A DNA stretch of 63,805 bases, filler included, from Asterionella formosa (lineage: Eukaryota): NCBI GenBank assembly GCA_002256025.1. It is 6 parts of 6 records of this genome, joined end to end, with 100 filler letters (N's around TTAATTAATTAA, not from the genome) between each part and the next. Parts side by side here need not be neighbours in the genome. Positions count along the whole stretch, not along the records: positions 1 to 10,581 come from NKIB01009349.1; positions 10,682 to 21,237 come from NKIB01009366.1; 4 more parts are not named here. One strand, 5' to 3'. Positions 1-11,489 of the stretch are shown here, in pieces (the stretch's first letter is position 1; every line of letters starts with the position of its first letter). The notes beneath the pieces are model-generated. The model did not search any database. It saw only the letters and a program-made list of their open reading frames with translations, and was not told where the DNA came from. Both the position numbers and the translations under genes were made by a program.

Positions 1-1300
1 TTAACATCAAACTGGACGATACGTGTTCAGAGATCACAATGGCTTCCAGTACATCGCGTCGAAACTGAAAGCCAAGATATGCGGCATATGTTAAAACAGC
101 TCGGACATGGGGATGTAGCCGTTTCATCTGTTCAGAGATCATATTGACAACATTGGAAGACACATTGGTCTCGGTTTGAATTTTCGCTAAATCAATCAAC
201 CACGATGAATCGGTTCGAACCATGAATCCCCTGCCGAGTAACTCATCCAGAAATTCAAGTACAAAGAAAGGATTTCCTAAAGTCTTCTTCCATATGCATT
301 CGCATAATATCATAGATTCTTCAGAAGCTGTCATTTCCAATTGATCTTGAATCAGTTCATGAACTGACTCAATATCAAGATGATCAATTGATATGTTGGT
401 CAAATGCACCATTTGCTCATCCTCAGAACATTGAAAGAACTCGTCAAATTTTGCACTGTTCAAATCATTCTCACGATAGGCCAACACTAGAAGAACATGT
501 TTGCTCCTAATGTCTGTAATGAGGCCTCGAATCACTTGCATGGATGCTTGATCCGCCCATTGAATGTCGTCAAGGAATATACACAATGGGCTCTCTTTTG
601 TGGCAACAACGCTTACAAATCTTCGAAAGGCCAGAGTCAATTTGGAAACAACGTTCATCATGTTACCCCCCACATCCTGCTCCGCTGGGATTTTCTTTTG
701 TCCAAGTAAATAAGAAATGTTCGGTATTAACTTGCAAAGCAAATAAGCTTCATCACCGAGAGCTTCCTTAATGCTGCTTCTTCGCGACTGAGAACCTTCG
801 GTGAGACTTATGATTTCAGCCAAGTCGTTGAACGCGTTCACAATCGCACTAAAGGGTTCGTCCAGCCTAAGCTGATCATACTTTCCAGCGACGAAGTAAC
901 CAGAAGATTCGATCGAAGTCACAGGGCCTCGAAGGGATTCGGCGACTTTGCTCTTTCCAGCGCCTGCTTCGCCTGAAAGAAGGACCACTTCAGAATTTCC
1001 AATCGTGACACGTGTAAAAGCATCCAATAGGATACTCACTTCTCTGCTTCGGCCATAGAGAAGACCGGTACGGTTGAAGCGCAGCAAGCCTCCATAGTTA
1101 TACATGTCAGAAGAACCGCCGGAAAACCCCGACAATGAACTAATGATGCTCATTTCATCGTTTTTGTCATCATCATCCGCGTCGTCCCTTGCTCCGTCTC
1201 TTGATTGCGAGAAACTAATGGTTCCATGTTTCGTTCGACTAGGATATTCTGATGTTGACGCTGAGTAGAGCAACTGTTCGTTCAACAATTTGGGGTTCAT
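1..1300 (-). CDS. N-terminal part of AAA_16/COG3899-type P-loop ATPase (runs off scaffold start; continues in 8458..10581)
   Basis: Hand translation from ATG at 1300 gives LYGRSREVSILLDAF...VVLLSGEAGAGKS (Walker A)...FVAGKYDQLRLDEPFSAI. It is in frame with MKRLHP at 127 (1173 nt = 391 codons). Confidence 0.85.
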   Translation of the reverse strand, partial: MNPKLLNEQLLYSASTSEYPSRTKHGTISFSQSRDGARDDADDDDKNDEMSIISSLSGFSGGSSDMYNYGGLLRFNRTGLLYGRSREVSILLDAFTRVTIGNSEVVLLSGEAGAGKSKVAESLRGPVTSIESSGYFVAGKYDQLRLDEPFSAIVNAFNDLAEIISLTEGSQSRRSSIKEALGDEAYLLCKLIPNISYLLGQKKIPAEQDVGGNMMNVVSKLTLAFRRFVSVVATKESPLCIFLDDIQWADQASMQVIRGLITDIRSKHVLLVLAYRENDLNSAKFDEFFQCSEDEQMVHLTNISIDHLDIESVHELIQDQLEMTASEESMILCECIWKKTLGNPFFVLEFLDELLGRGFMVRTDSSWLIDLAKIQTETNVSSNVVNMISEQMKRLHPHVRAVLTYAAYLGFQFRRDVLEAIVISEHVSSSLML

Positions 1301-1525
1301 GGGGCCACTGAGAGTAGATGCTGAATTGGCAATGGTATCGATGATATAATCATCGACAATGTACGTATGATATACATACTACCGCGGTATATGTGGTTGA
1401 TTGTTGCTGTGATGGATGATGCTTTTCACTTCTTCTCCTCTTTTATTTTGTTTTGCATTAAGAAATGTCTCGGAGTACCTGGCACTCCGGGGTAACTGGG
1501 ACCATTGTTTTATTTGAGCTCCATT

Positions 1526-2766
1526 AAGGTTGCTGCATTTGAACCCCTAGGCAAAAATGAAAAAAATATTAGGGTTGCGAAAATTCCCTGGAATTAAGAA
1601 TTTAATTCGCTATTTTTGAATGACGTGATTCCATTTGAAATATTTGAATCAGTGGAAATTTGCGAATACGTACATAGATTCCTTGTCAATATCGCTAAAT
1701 ATATATATATTGACACTCTTAGTCGCTGAATGTATATATACGCTAAAAATACGATCAACATGTATGCATGGACACTCTATACTCCGATTAACGATTTTAT
1801 ATGCTATGCATTGAATCCGTTCGACATATTCAAATCGTTTAACATATAAATTTATATATATTTAGGTTCTACATCGCTTCATGTGCATACACTAGTACTA
1901 CAATGTATACTCATATCGACGAATATCGGTCATGAATACGACCTGGCGGCTCGGCAAATATTTGAAAGTGCACCCAAGGAGCGGTACGCGTACCGGTATG
2001 TCCAATGATCATCATCTACTGGTACCCGTCGTGAATATAGAACCGGACTGTCAGTACACCCAAGAAAATGTTACATGTTAATCCAATTGTGCCAGCGTGG
2101 GTTTGCACGACCTCGCAAACCAGGCCAATCAAACAGAGGAATGTACTTCATGCTCACCAATCATATTATATATGTGGAAGCGGGTACTTACAATGGAATT
2201 TTTCGGACAGGAGATTTTAGGACTAAAAATTCCGGCACACGACTGCCATTCCAATGATGACGTTTCCGCACTTAATAATTCTGATTCCGATATTTTGGCG
2301 ACCGTAGAAAAGGCCGATTTTGTCGAGTTTTTGGACGACGATAGCTAAACGTTGGCTGGGTCTGACGGCGATTTAGATACATACCGGTAGGTAACTTTCA
2401 AATAGCACCAGTATATAACTTCTGGCGAGAAACTGCAGAAAGGAACTTCGGTTTTTTTACTATGCCAAATAAACAGATTTCCCCCGAAATTTCGAGTCTT
2501 TTTAGCATAGCCAAAAAACCGAAGTTCCTTTCTGCAGTTTCTGACCAGATCCTATATACTGACGATATATTGAGTGAACCTACACCCCTACTTTGTCCGA
2601 AGACTGTACCGGTATTTAAGGATATGGAAAGGGTGTCTATTGGTGAAAGCTCCGTTGAGCGTTATACATTTTTAATTTATATGTGTAAAGTACGTGTTTG
2701 ATTAGTCTGACTCAATATTATTTTATTAACCCTACCTCGAGCTAGGGGTTCAGATGCAGCAACCTT
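1526..2766. mobile_element. MITE / non-autonomous DNA transposon with 25-bp TIRs
   Basis: aaggttgctgcatttgaacccctag (1526-1550) vs ctaggggttcagatgcagcaacctt (2742-2766), 1 mismatch. Interior is AT-rich and non-coding. Confidence 0.75.
2428..2542. repeat. Inverted repeat with ~30-bp perfect arms
   Basis: agaaactgcagaaaggaacttcggtttttt ... aaaaaaccgaagttcctttctgcagtttct. Confidence 0.85.
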
Positions 2767-3177
2767 TTAAGGCAAAGATATATTAATTCTCCCGATATGA
2801 TTTAAATTATCCTTGAATTCTCTCAAAAATAGTCCTTTCTAACATTACGCACGTCCGTGATAGGAAATGTCTCACTCTATTTGGGTCCAATGACGTCATT
2901 ATTCCTTAATTGATGTTGTTGGACAAAATGCTGGGTTCTGGTTTTTTTCAGTAATGCCATTTTACTGGATTTGATAATATCTTGGTCTTTTGCGATTCTT
3001 CGGGAAATTCCAATAATGCACACACATTGAGCACTTGTCTTTACGGATAAGATTCGGATTATGCCCTGACAGGAAAGGCCTATTGACATTGTTGGATGTA
3101 ACAGCCAGGTTTCTTTTTTCAATTATTGTGAATTCGCTAACTTCAGCAGGTCTCCGAATCTGTTCATACCACGATGT

Positions 3178-3324
3178 GATGAGTTGCATTTCAGTTTTAC
3201 CGGACACCACTTCGACATTTACGTAGGTCAGATATGAATTGGCCACATACAATATATTCCACACACGAGTGTACCACAAGACAGAATCCAGAATCCGTTC
3301 GTATGCCATACTTGATGTCGAAAT
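3178..3324 (-). repeat. Dispersed repeat, reverse-complement homolog of 59441..59585
   Basis: gatgagttgcatttcagttttaccggacac...gccatacttgatgtcgaaat matches the reverse complement of the copy on scaffold 6. Confidence 0.8.
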
Positions 3325-4685
3325 TGGTCAATTCATTATAAAATATACGATGCAATTATGAAATCGTGCACGCATTTGTACGGTTCACGCGGTACACATA
3401 GCACTCTGGAGTCCGGATTACACTCAATGCACCATCTGACTACGGTAAATAGAATTTTGAGTTAACTCGCAGTATCAACATCATGATATTTCGAAGTGGT
3501 GTTGGACATGATATCACAACATGACAACAAATAGCAATTCAGTTCGAAATCAAAATTCGGTTTGGGCCTGCTAAGATTTATTTGGCACCAAATATTCCAA
3601 AATGTACAAATATACTGTTTTGATTTGCTCGGTAATTAGGTGATCATGATGAACAACTTGTATGAACAAGAAGGGGGACCAGCATTATGTTCTGAATTGT
3701 TTGATAAAATCTATGGTCACAATAAAGAAGAAGAAATGCATACAGTCTGGAAGCAAAGCGAAAATTAATTTGGTGTTAGCTGCTGACTGATTATGTAAAC
3801 CATCAATTCTACTTGAGTCTAGTAGTTTTGTTCGACAAAGTATGATCGTCATGAAGAAGAAGATGAATTCACATAAAAAACTGATTTCAATTTGGATCCA
3901 GTGATCATTCCATCGAAAACAAACAGTTCGGTCAGGTTTGTGTTGAACATACTGATGTTATACAGTATAATCTATCAATATACTATGATGAAGATTACTA
4001 GTAGTAATGATTAATATGGAAAGCAAAAATCGATTTGGGTCTGCTGAGAGTTGAACCAGATAAAAAAATTAGATCTCCGTCGACTAGGTTGAAAACAGCT
4101 TTGTTGTGTTGGATAATCAAGGGTCATATAATGAAGACTAATGATTCATACTATTGAAAGTGAGACTCGGTCTGGGTCTGCTGAGAGGAGGTCAACTCAG
4201 TGAAACAATTCAATTTTCGTCCAATAATTTAAACTGCAAATATGTTCTTTTGAGTACAATGAAAGACTCGACTAGAAATAGAGGAGTACAAATGGGCTAT
4301 AAAACATACTATCTTTTTTGATTTGTAGGATAATTTCATCATCATGAAGAAATTTATTAATTCATGAATTTGAAATCGAGATTCGGTAGCGATTTGTTGT
4401 CTTGTTGGATTGCTTGTCTTCTTGAGGGATTCGAAACTGCTTTCCTTTCAGCAAATTCCAATATTAGATTCACAACATAGNNNNNNNNNNNNNNNNNNNN
4501 NNNNNNNNNNNNNNNNNNNNNNNNNNNNNNNNNNNNNNNNNNNNNNNNNNNNNNNNNNNNNNNNNNNNNNNNNNNNNNNNNNNNNNNNNNNNNNNNNNNN
4601 NNNNCGCCTGAAGACAACATAGTTCCAAGGAGCTGCTGCCATCTGTGAATAAAATTTCCGTTAGATCTAACATTTCACTCTGCAT

Positions 4686-5700
4686 ATGTTTGAAAATTCA
4701 TTGATACTACACATAAGAGCATATGGTCTAGCGGAAAGATATCTGTTGATGCATTCCAGAGGCCAAACAGGATACCCGCATTTTACACAAATGGGAGCCA
4801 GCGGCATGCTTATAGGGAACACAAGAATACACAGCGCAACTTCTCATAGACGAGTGAGAGTTGCGATTCAACGAAAAAATAAAACGTTTTCCTACTCAAA
4901 TATTCATTGGGAGGCATTTTCTCAAGCGTTTAAAGCCAAATCGGCAACTGAAAGAGTGATGATTACAAAGTTCATTCATGGATGGTTACCGACGGGTTCC
5001 AGGAGAGCTCTCATATCAAACAGGAGTACATCCTCTCCTCATTTCAAGGAGTTTGAAGCCACAGAGCATCTCCTCACCTGTAATAATTCAAAAATGAAAT
5101 ACAATAGAGGTCTCCGAATGACTTTTTTGAGTCTCATCTTGGAAAAGTACCATATGGACACCATATCACCCATATCTTCGTTGCTTACATAAATTATTTA
5201 TTAAACAACCAGTCGGCTGCATTCACTCTTCATTCTCAAAACAATTCATCAGGTACTACCAAGGAAGCTACTATCATAAAGGTGGTGTCCCATCAACAGA
5301 AAATCGACAAAGTTTTGACTCTCAGAGATACCTGACGATGACTTGGAGTGAGGCAATGCTCACAGATCCTCATCAAGACATCACATCGTCTCAGGCGCAG
5401 AATTGGACAATGATGGCAATCTCACAATTGTGGGGGTTGGCATCAAAAGCATGGGAGGAACAGGATCATGCCCTACACAAAGCAACAAATGCGGCCATAG
5501 CTCAATCGGAAATGGACGTAAAAATCCAAGAATACTATCACAACCAGCACAACATCAGTACCAAGGTTGTCCACCTGCCTGTTTACTCAACCCCTCCCGG
5601 ATTTGCTTTGGGCCCGCTTGGGCACCAAACAAAGGTTTTTGGAAAAAGCAGCCTTCCTATTTGAGGATTCTGCCAGGATGGCAAAAAGTGGCAAAGGTAT
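4686..5700 (+). mobile_element. Degenerate 3' part of diatom-type non-LTR retrotransposon ORF2
   Basis: Broken ORFs with IHWEAF..AF, TKFIHGWLPTG, EATEHLLTC and ISQLW...AW....ALH, typical of the C-terminal zinc-finger region of diatom LINEs. Confidence 0.6.
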
Positions 5701-6029
5701 CTGAATCAGTTATACAGCACTGTACCACGAGAATCAAGGGACCATTGTCCATGCCCTCCTCATGTGGGGTAGTTCACTTCATCTTGATCTCAAACAAAGC
5801 TCACAACTTTTTTACCTGTTGAAAAACGAGGTTAAAGAATGGCATATAAAACTACTACACAGCACAAAATGAAATTTCTTTAATCTCATTCAAGAGAGTG
5901 TATCCCCCATCTTTTCCGCATGTACAAGCACCGAGCGTCACCACATCCATTTGGGATGATCCAGGGCAGGTTAGTCTTACTCACAAAAACCCAGGCTTTG
6001 TATGCCAGGAATCGCTAGGATGGCTACCC

Positions 6030-8200
6030 CACCTATCATAGAGTAGCAGCAATAAGGCGCTTAATAAATGAAATTATATATAACAGTGACCAAAACACAT
6101 TCCATTGATTTCTTTGTATGTAGGTAAGAAGGTTTGGTAGCAATTGCAGATACATGTTGGTTCTTCTTAAAATCCTCCAGAGGCTGAACCTTGTACTCGC
6201 ATTTTCATTGCTGCTACCACTCAAGTCACTTTCATGCTGATATTATCGGTTAGAGCCCCATTGAATTCGAGCTTTCTTTTTTATAGGGCAATCCTGATGT
6301 CTTTTTGTGTTCAAACTGTACCTCCAATACAATACAATGCTACCTGTTGTACAATCTTGACCACATCGCTATCTGGGTCACCCTGTATATTTGCGTCTAT
6401 TAAAGCCGGGCATTCCTCAAGGTCAGCAAAAGTGTCGTCAAGCAGTGTAATACCACCTCTTTACAATTCCACACATTTGGTTTTGATAATTCAAGTCACT
6501 TTTGTTTAACTGAGTCTGACTGGTTAATAACTCCAAGGGTACGATTCCTGGTAAAAGGTCCTGGATGTACTCTGTTAAGTTACCGGTACATATATCGGAA
6601 AGGTATACAACTTTTCATGTGTATTTGAACCGGACAAAACAACATGTCTTCCTTTCGACCGTGTGGTACCACTGCGGAAAAGAGTGGGCAATTATCCTCA
6701 TCAGAAAGATTTTGTAGTATTTCCAGTGTGCATTTCAGGTTGTAGGTTTTTAAATCCTCCAAATTTTTTATAATCAATAGCCGCTTTGGGGGGACATGGG
6801 TTTCTCAAAGTGAATGGAATTGTATTCTTTTCAAAATCCCTTTGTCATGCAATAAATTTCGAAGTAGCCTCTGGGGAGCATTTTATTGTCAGCATGGGTA
6901 CAAACTTCATTTGCGGCCTAGTCACATCTCGGTTAACCTTGTCATGGTCATATAAAATCTGAAGAGAGTTGCAGACTTCGTTATATTCCTCTTTACACCA
7001 TCTAATCAAGTTGACAAAGACTGACCCATCTCCCAAAGCCCCATGAATTTTAGACCAGCGGATTTTAATCCTAATCGGCCTCTCTTTAATATGAGCCTGT
7101 AATTTGGTTTCAATATGTGCAGCCGAAAATTTTCTTCTTGTTCTAACTAGTTAACCAAATAGAGCTCCGGCAACTACCACTGTGTGTAATAATCAAAAAA
7201 CCGATTCTTGGACATGGAGGGTAGGATATTTCAAAAGCACCTTTGCATAATGGATGTTGTCAATATGTCGACTTTTCTACCTATTTTTCTCTTGATTACC
7301 CCAAAGAAATTCTCACCAGAAAAATTTCCCTTGCTCCCTATCACTTGGCAAGACGGCAATCCTGCCACCTGGCCTCTTCCTTCTTCACTCTCAACAGACT
7401 GTCTTACAGTCTGCTTCCACACCGCATTCCTCCATGATCCGTCTCCTGATAATGTGTGCCATCCTCCTTGATCTTCCTTGTATTTTTGTTGTAGTTTTGT
7501 TCCCTTTCATCTGTAATTGCGTAATAATTATGTGGTGTGGTTGTGCCACAATTGCTCATGCTTATTGGGGAGATAACTAATGCCTGTTGTGGTTGGCCCA
7601 ATAGTTCCACAATACTTGTATTCTTAGCGCCATGTAGATGATTTGCTGTACCAGCGCCCAGCAATGCTCCTGTTGGCTTCAATGGAACTGGCGAAGATGG
7701 TGGCAATCAATTCTTCTTCTTCTGCGCCTTCGATGTTACCTCTTTCCAATTGTTTACATGTTTGCCTGATGGATCAAGGTCTGTTAATGAAATACTTAAC
7801 AGTAGCTGATAATAATCCGCATATCTTCTTTTGACAATCCGTTTTGATCTTCTGGATGAGGCATTAGTTGAAGTAGCCTGTTCAAAGTTTTCGAGCTCCA
7901 AAATCCACTACCATCATAGAAAAGGGTTTAGATAAGTAGCTAGCGTAGCATCCATTGTTGTTGATGTTGAAAACTCTCATTTGGTAAATGATCATCCAAC
8001 CATAAAACCATTGCTTCATCGAAACTATCGTAGGATTGATCTTCTGGACAGTAGCTGTTTGTCTTCGGAAGGAAAGAGAACACTCTTGTTGGATACAAAT
8101 GTTGTTTCCTTACCCTCCAGCAGTTGACCCCATATTGCCACAACGTTGACACCAAGTATTTGGTCCACTGTTCTGCTCAGGCTTTGTCATCATATAACCT
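6030..8200 (-). pseudogene. Fragmented minus-strand coding relic, possibly LINE ORF1-like
   Basis: Chain of short same-strand ORFs with coding-like composition, interrupted by stops and frameshifts. No catalytic motif recognised. Confidence 0.3.
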
Positions 8201-8457
8201 TCGACTTCTACAATACGAGAGCTTCCCAATCCCCCATTGACAGCTAATCCTTCCCAATACAGTATACATCATCAAATTTCACAAGTATAGTACACTTTCC
8301 TTGTTGTGCAAAATAGTTCCTAGACCTCTTCTTAAATATCATCATGTACCCTCTAAAATGCCATTTATAGGACATGGTGGAGGAATACATTCAAGTATTA
8401 CTCCTCAACAATAACAGTAAAAAGACTATTCTGAAATCATCACCGCACCCCCATTCA

Positions 8458-10581
8458 TCATTTGGTGCAAAGTACCTTACAGTTGAAGTTGCTTTCGAGG
8501 ATATGCACTTTATGTTCCGCACCCCAATCCATGTAACATGCGATAGCACGTTCAAAAAATGGTCGAGAATCAAAACCAAGTGCGTGCAACGCAAAATACG
8601 CTCGTTCATTTGCAAGTCCTTCATAGTTTATAAAACCGTAGTTAGTTGAGATTTGAATGGCATGCTCGTTTGCTTGCAAAACCTCGTTTGCATCGCGTGA
8701 TATTAAAGCTATTCGCTCTGCTTCCAAGTGAGCAACAAATAATGTTGCAGTAACACATCCGCTTTTACTCTGCTTCATCATGTACCTTAGGACGTTTTCA
8801 CCTTGTCGTCGATAACTAGTGCGACTCTGCAGCATTGAAGTCGATGCCAAAGCAAAGAAGGTAAGCCCGGAATAGAACTTGTACATCAGGAAAATCCAAT
8901 GAAACTTGAACCGCTTGCTGACCTTTTCAATCGCTACTATCATGCCGTTAGCGGAGGCAAGAGATCCAAGGTGAAATGCAGTTACAAGTTTGGATATCCT
9001 GCAAAAAATTAATAGATACTCATTGTAGGGTGATACAGCCCTTTTCATTATTGCCGCCTCGTCCCTTCCACTTTGCTGCAGAATTGGGTGGTAGTCATGA
9101 TCACCTCCAATGAGCGACAGGATTGTCCACCAGAATTGTACTGCTTTCTCCAAGGAAGGATCTTGCTTGAATATTTGCATGCTTTCACACAACGCTTTGC
9201 AGTCGTGCTCCAGGCTTTGCAAATTACGCCCACAGCAAAGTGACGTAGCAATGTAGTTGAAAGCTGCAATTGACGCATACTCCATGTCACCTTGGGCTGC
9301 TCCAAAAACATGGGCTTGTCTGAATGCGTCGGCAGCGTCGGTTAAAGATCTTTTCCAATGTAAATTAAAAGCCCATGAAGTTACAAGAGTTATACAGAAG
9401 TACTTTTTACAACTTTGTTTGTCCAGCAGTTTGAGTGCAAGCATGCCAAACCGATATGCACTCTCTGAATTTCCCAGCTTTGATTCCAACATACCATAAC
9501 CAGCAATCACAGAAGGTGACATAGATGAAATACCTTTCTGCAGCAACAATTGAAAAAGTCGTTGAATAGCGAACACATACAATTTCGCTTCCCCGAGAAA
9601 AAAGGCTGCAGCCGTAATCTTGATGAGGATGGCTGACACCATTATCACAGGTGCATCATCTTGAAGCAACGGGAGTGCGAGAATGAAATTATCTGATTTC
9701 CCATGGAGCAATTTCTTAGTCTTCGCAATTGAGCAGAGAAGGGCAAATATTGTTGGCTGTTTCTTCACTTTCACTCCCAACTCCTCTAGAATTGAAAGAC
9801 ATTTGTCAATTGACTGTGTTGGCCTGGCTTGCGCATTCAGTGCATCAATCTCCGTATAGTAGGCAGATGCTTTATCTTCGATGGTTCGGGCATTCACGAC
9901 GATGCATTTTGCCATTGTATCGCTATGTTGAAAGTCTCCAATGCAATAACCAATCTCTGCAGAGAGGCTAAACAGTCTCAGACAAAGATCGTAGTGTTTG
10001 CTCCACATGGTGTCTGCATCAAGAAGCTCGATACCACATCGCAAATACTCGGAGGCACTGAAAAACGCAGATTTCTCGCTTGCTGCTACCTTTGCTGCAT
10101 CAAGGTTGAGTCGTGACAAGTCGACACGATCAACTTCGTCGACCAAGTATGGCGATGCATGATTTAGGTGGTGCACAACAGGAAATAGAAAATCATTACA
10201 TTTTGGCAGCAGCATCTTCCTTATTTGACTACCAATTGTCAAATGTATCATTGCCCGTTCCCTTCCTTCGGGAATGGAATTATAAAGAACTGTCTGAGGG
10301 TAGTCATGCACAAACTTCATTTTGATTCCAGAATCATCACACTTTTCGATAATGCCTTCGGCAGTTGCAGCATCCAGGATTTTGGAAACCCTGTCATGGT
10401 ATTGATCATGTGTAATTTGGCCCTTGATCTCTGAATTATCAACATCAAATAGAATTAACATCAAACTGGACGATACGTGTTCAGAGATCACAATGGCTTC
10501 CAGTACATCGCGTCGAAACTGAAAGCCAAGATATGCGGCATATGTTAAAACAGCTCGGACATGGGGATGTAGCCGTTTCAT
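8458..10581 (-). CDS. C-terminal part of AAA_16/COG3899-type ATPase (winged-helix plus TPR-like helical region)
   Basis: 707-aa ORF with AAYLGFQF, MKFVHD, HLTIG, VVHHLN, LNLDAAK..SAF.SA.EYL..GI.LL...W...YDLCL.L, and terminal GLANERA..AI.CY.DWGA..KV..L. Confidence 0.85.
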   Translation of the reverse strand: MKRLHPHVRAVLTYAAYLGFQFRRDVLEAIVISEHVSSSLMLILFDVDNSEIKGQITHDQYHDRVSKILDAATAEGIIEKCDDSGIKMKFVHDYPQTVLYNSIPEGRERAMIHLTIGSQIRKMLLPKCNDFLFPVVHHLNHASPYLVDEVDRVDLSRLNLDAAKVAASEKSAFFSASEYLRCGIELLDADTMWSKHYDLCLRLFSLSAEIGYCIGDFQHSDTMAKCIVVNARTIEDKASAYYTEIDALNAQARPTQSIDKCLSILEELGVKVKKQPTIFALLCSIAKTKKLLHGKSDNFILALPLLQDDAPVIMVSAILIKITAAAFFLGEAKLYVFAIQRLFQLLLQKGISSMSPSVIAGYGMLESKLGNSESAYRFGMLALKLLDKQSCKKYFCITLVTSWAFNLHWKRSLTDAADAFRQAHVFGAAQGDMEYASIAAFNYIATSLCCGRNLQSLEHDCKALCESMQIFKQDPSLEKAVQFWWTILSLIGGDHDYHPILQQSGRDEAAIMKRAVSPYNEYLLIFCRISKLVTAFHLGSLASANGMIVAIEKVSKRFKFHWIFLMYKFYSGLTFFALASTSMLQSRTSYRRQGENVLRYMMKQSKSGCVTATLFVAHLEAERIALISRDANEVLQANEHAIQISTNYGFINYEGLANERAYFALHALGFDSRPFFERAIACYMDWGAEHKVHILESNFNCKVLCTK

Positions 10582-10681
10582 NNNNNNNNNNNNNNNNNNN
10601 NNNNNNNNNNNNNNNNNNNNNNNNNTTAATTAATTAANNNNNNNNNNNNNNNNNNNNNNNNNNNNNNNNNNNNNNNNNNNN
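10582..10681. other. Artificial scaffold spacer (also at 21238-21337, 31889-31988, 42533-42632, 53175-53274)
   Basis: 44 N + TTAATTAATTAA (stops in six frames) + 44 N. Flanked pieces are sorted by decreasing length. Confidence 0.97.
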
Positions 10682-11086
10682 GTGCTTACCTGGGGAAGTT
10701 TGGAGGCAAATACAAACACAACGAAAACAAACAAGGAGGACATGAGTAGTACAACTGTTGGTGGACGGCCCAAAGGTGCCACCATTGCTGCCACCATTAG
10801 CAACAAATCCCAGATGCAAAATGCATTGAGTGAAGCAACAGATGAGTACATGAATAAAATGCTAGACAGCAAAAATAACAACAAACGTACCTCCAAAGGA
10901 ACAATTTCTTTGATCATTGATGCTGCCAAGGAAAGGAATGGAATACCTGCTAATGTGAAGGTTAGTTTTGAAACAGTCAGAAGCAGAGCAGCAATCAAAA
11001 TAAAGAAGAGTGGTGAGGTTCAGAATGGTCAGCAGAGAGCATTGTCTAACATAAGCTTTGTACTTGCGTCAAGTTTTGATCGTTGA
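10682..11086 (+). mobile_element. Truncated ORF, probably transposon-derived (GGRPKG AT-hook-like motif)
   Basis: GGRPKGAT...IIDAAKERNGIP....SFETVRSR. It sits at a scaffold edge next to repeat sequence. Confidence 0.35.
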
Positions 11087-11489
11087 ATTACATAAATATT
11101 TTTAGTCGAAAGATAGAGTAAAATAGCGGTGGCTTACAGTTTTTAAGTGGTACCTTACGAAGGAGCACCGATACCTGTGCAAGTTGCGGTCATTTTGCTA
11201 AAATCAACAATTTAATTTTGGATTAAGATAGCTAAATCTTTGGTTCAGCAAATTTACAGGAACTTGCCTGGGATCCAGGTAGGTACTGGTACCCTCGCAC
11301 GAAGAGTATTCATGCTACCGGTAGCAGCATCATGATGGTGGTAATAGGGTCATATTCTTACGTACAGGTAATCATTTGTTAGCTAACTGCTGTACCGGTA
11401 CCGGTAGCTCAGCCATACAGAAAAAAATAAAGAACTGAGGAACCTCCTGCCCGTGTTTTGATGATTGGCATCAGATCATCAACTTTCAG

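Noticed and set aside
10626..10637. TTAATTAATTAA motif repeated every ~10.6 kb
   Set aside because: Concatenation linker, not biology.
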